In this document: positions 63,311 to 64,000 of the stretch, in pieces
Layout: each line of letters begins with the position of its first letter
How positions within the stretch are numbered: the first letter of the stretch is position 1
DNA from: Octopus sinensis
Lineage: Eukaryota
Assembly (NCBI RefSeq): GCF_006345805.1
Contig: NC_043006.1
Span: forward strand, 54,560,001-54,624,000
Length of the DNA stretch: 64,000 bases
Reading direction: 5' to 3'
Notes under the pieces: generated by a model
What the model was told of the DNA's origin: nothing
What the model saw: only the letters and a program-made list of their open reading frames with translations
Databases searched by the model: none
Position numbers and translations under genes: made by a program

Positions 63311-64000
63311 CCCTGTGCCTATATGCTTATATTTATTTTTTATTTATTTCATGTCAAACTTCATGAATAGCAGTGTCAATTGTTTCAGGTCTTCAATGGG
63401 TCAATCACTGGTCCACTGCATTTACAATAGTGAGAGTGACATGGATTTTCCTGTGTATTTTTGGGTAGAACAATTAGGGAAGGATGTCATCCTCATCATC
63501 ACCGCCATCGTCATCATTTAATGTCTATTTTCCATACTGGCATGGGTTAGATGGCTTGATTGGCAATGGTAAGCCAGAGAGCTGCACTAGGCTCCAGTCA
63601 ATTTTGGCTTGGTTTCTATGACTGGATGCGCTTCCTAAATGCCAACCACTCCACAGTGCACTGGGTGCATTTTATGTGTATTAGGAATATATACGATGGT
63701 TGCTTTATACATGTTACCAGCATGGTGACAATACAACAGTGTACTTCAGTTTGAAAGCACAAGTATACTGGTTTTCTCACTAAAGTTGACAGCTTTCACC
63801 AATATATATTAGTGAAAAATACGCACATACATAAAGATGATGCTCCAGCATGACTAACTGTAATACTAAAACACATTAATGAATATATACAACAGGTCTC
63901 TACACAGTTTCTGTTTGCTCCAGCATGGTTAAAACCATGATGGCTTAAGCAAACTAAAGAACTATAAGGTATTGTTCAACCTAAAGCTATGGCAGAAGAT

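Noticed and set aside
317-63754. Most short ORFs in the track (poly-I/Y/T/H/V/C peptides; FTCH/WLALGR peptides)
   Set aside because: They translate (AT)n, (AC)n and (ATT)n microsatellites or SINE/RTE tails in various frames and have no splice or domain support.

Overview
AT-rich eukaryotic genomic DNA dense in microsatellites and transposable elements. The RTE LINE and tRNA-SINE repertoire suggests an octopus-like coleoid cephalopod; this is an inference, no database search was run. Two convergent host genes can be built from the sequence. (1) A + strand multi-C2H2 zinc-finger gene. A short first coding exon missed by the ORF track (31117-31193, ATG at 31124) splices in phase 1 to a 2.8-kb exon (36009-38800), giving a predicted 953-aa protein; its 5' UTR and promoter may lie about 27 kb upstream in the CpG-richer first 7 kb. 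(2) The last three coding exons of a - strand NME6-type nucleoside diphosphate kinase (62530-62613, 59701-59777, 57367-57515), with the HGSD catalytic motif intact. The rest is TE-derived: a TIR-bounded pogo element, a Sola2-like transposase remnant, a mariner remnant, five non-autonomous Helitrons, piggyBac-type MITEs, RTE and other LINE fragments, at least four SINE families and Penelope-like hammerhead remnants. The most unusual structures are a 4 x 224-bp array built from a Helitron 3' end plus its flank, a decayed copy of a zinc-finger segment 5.7 kb downstream of its source, fold-back palindromes carrying hammerhead-like cores, a 57-nt pre-miRNA-sized hairpin, and a 163-bp inverted templated insertion in the Sola-like transposase. 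I found no clear evidence of a wholly new multi-gene system; the findings are candidates to test.
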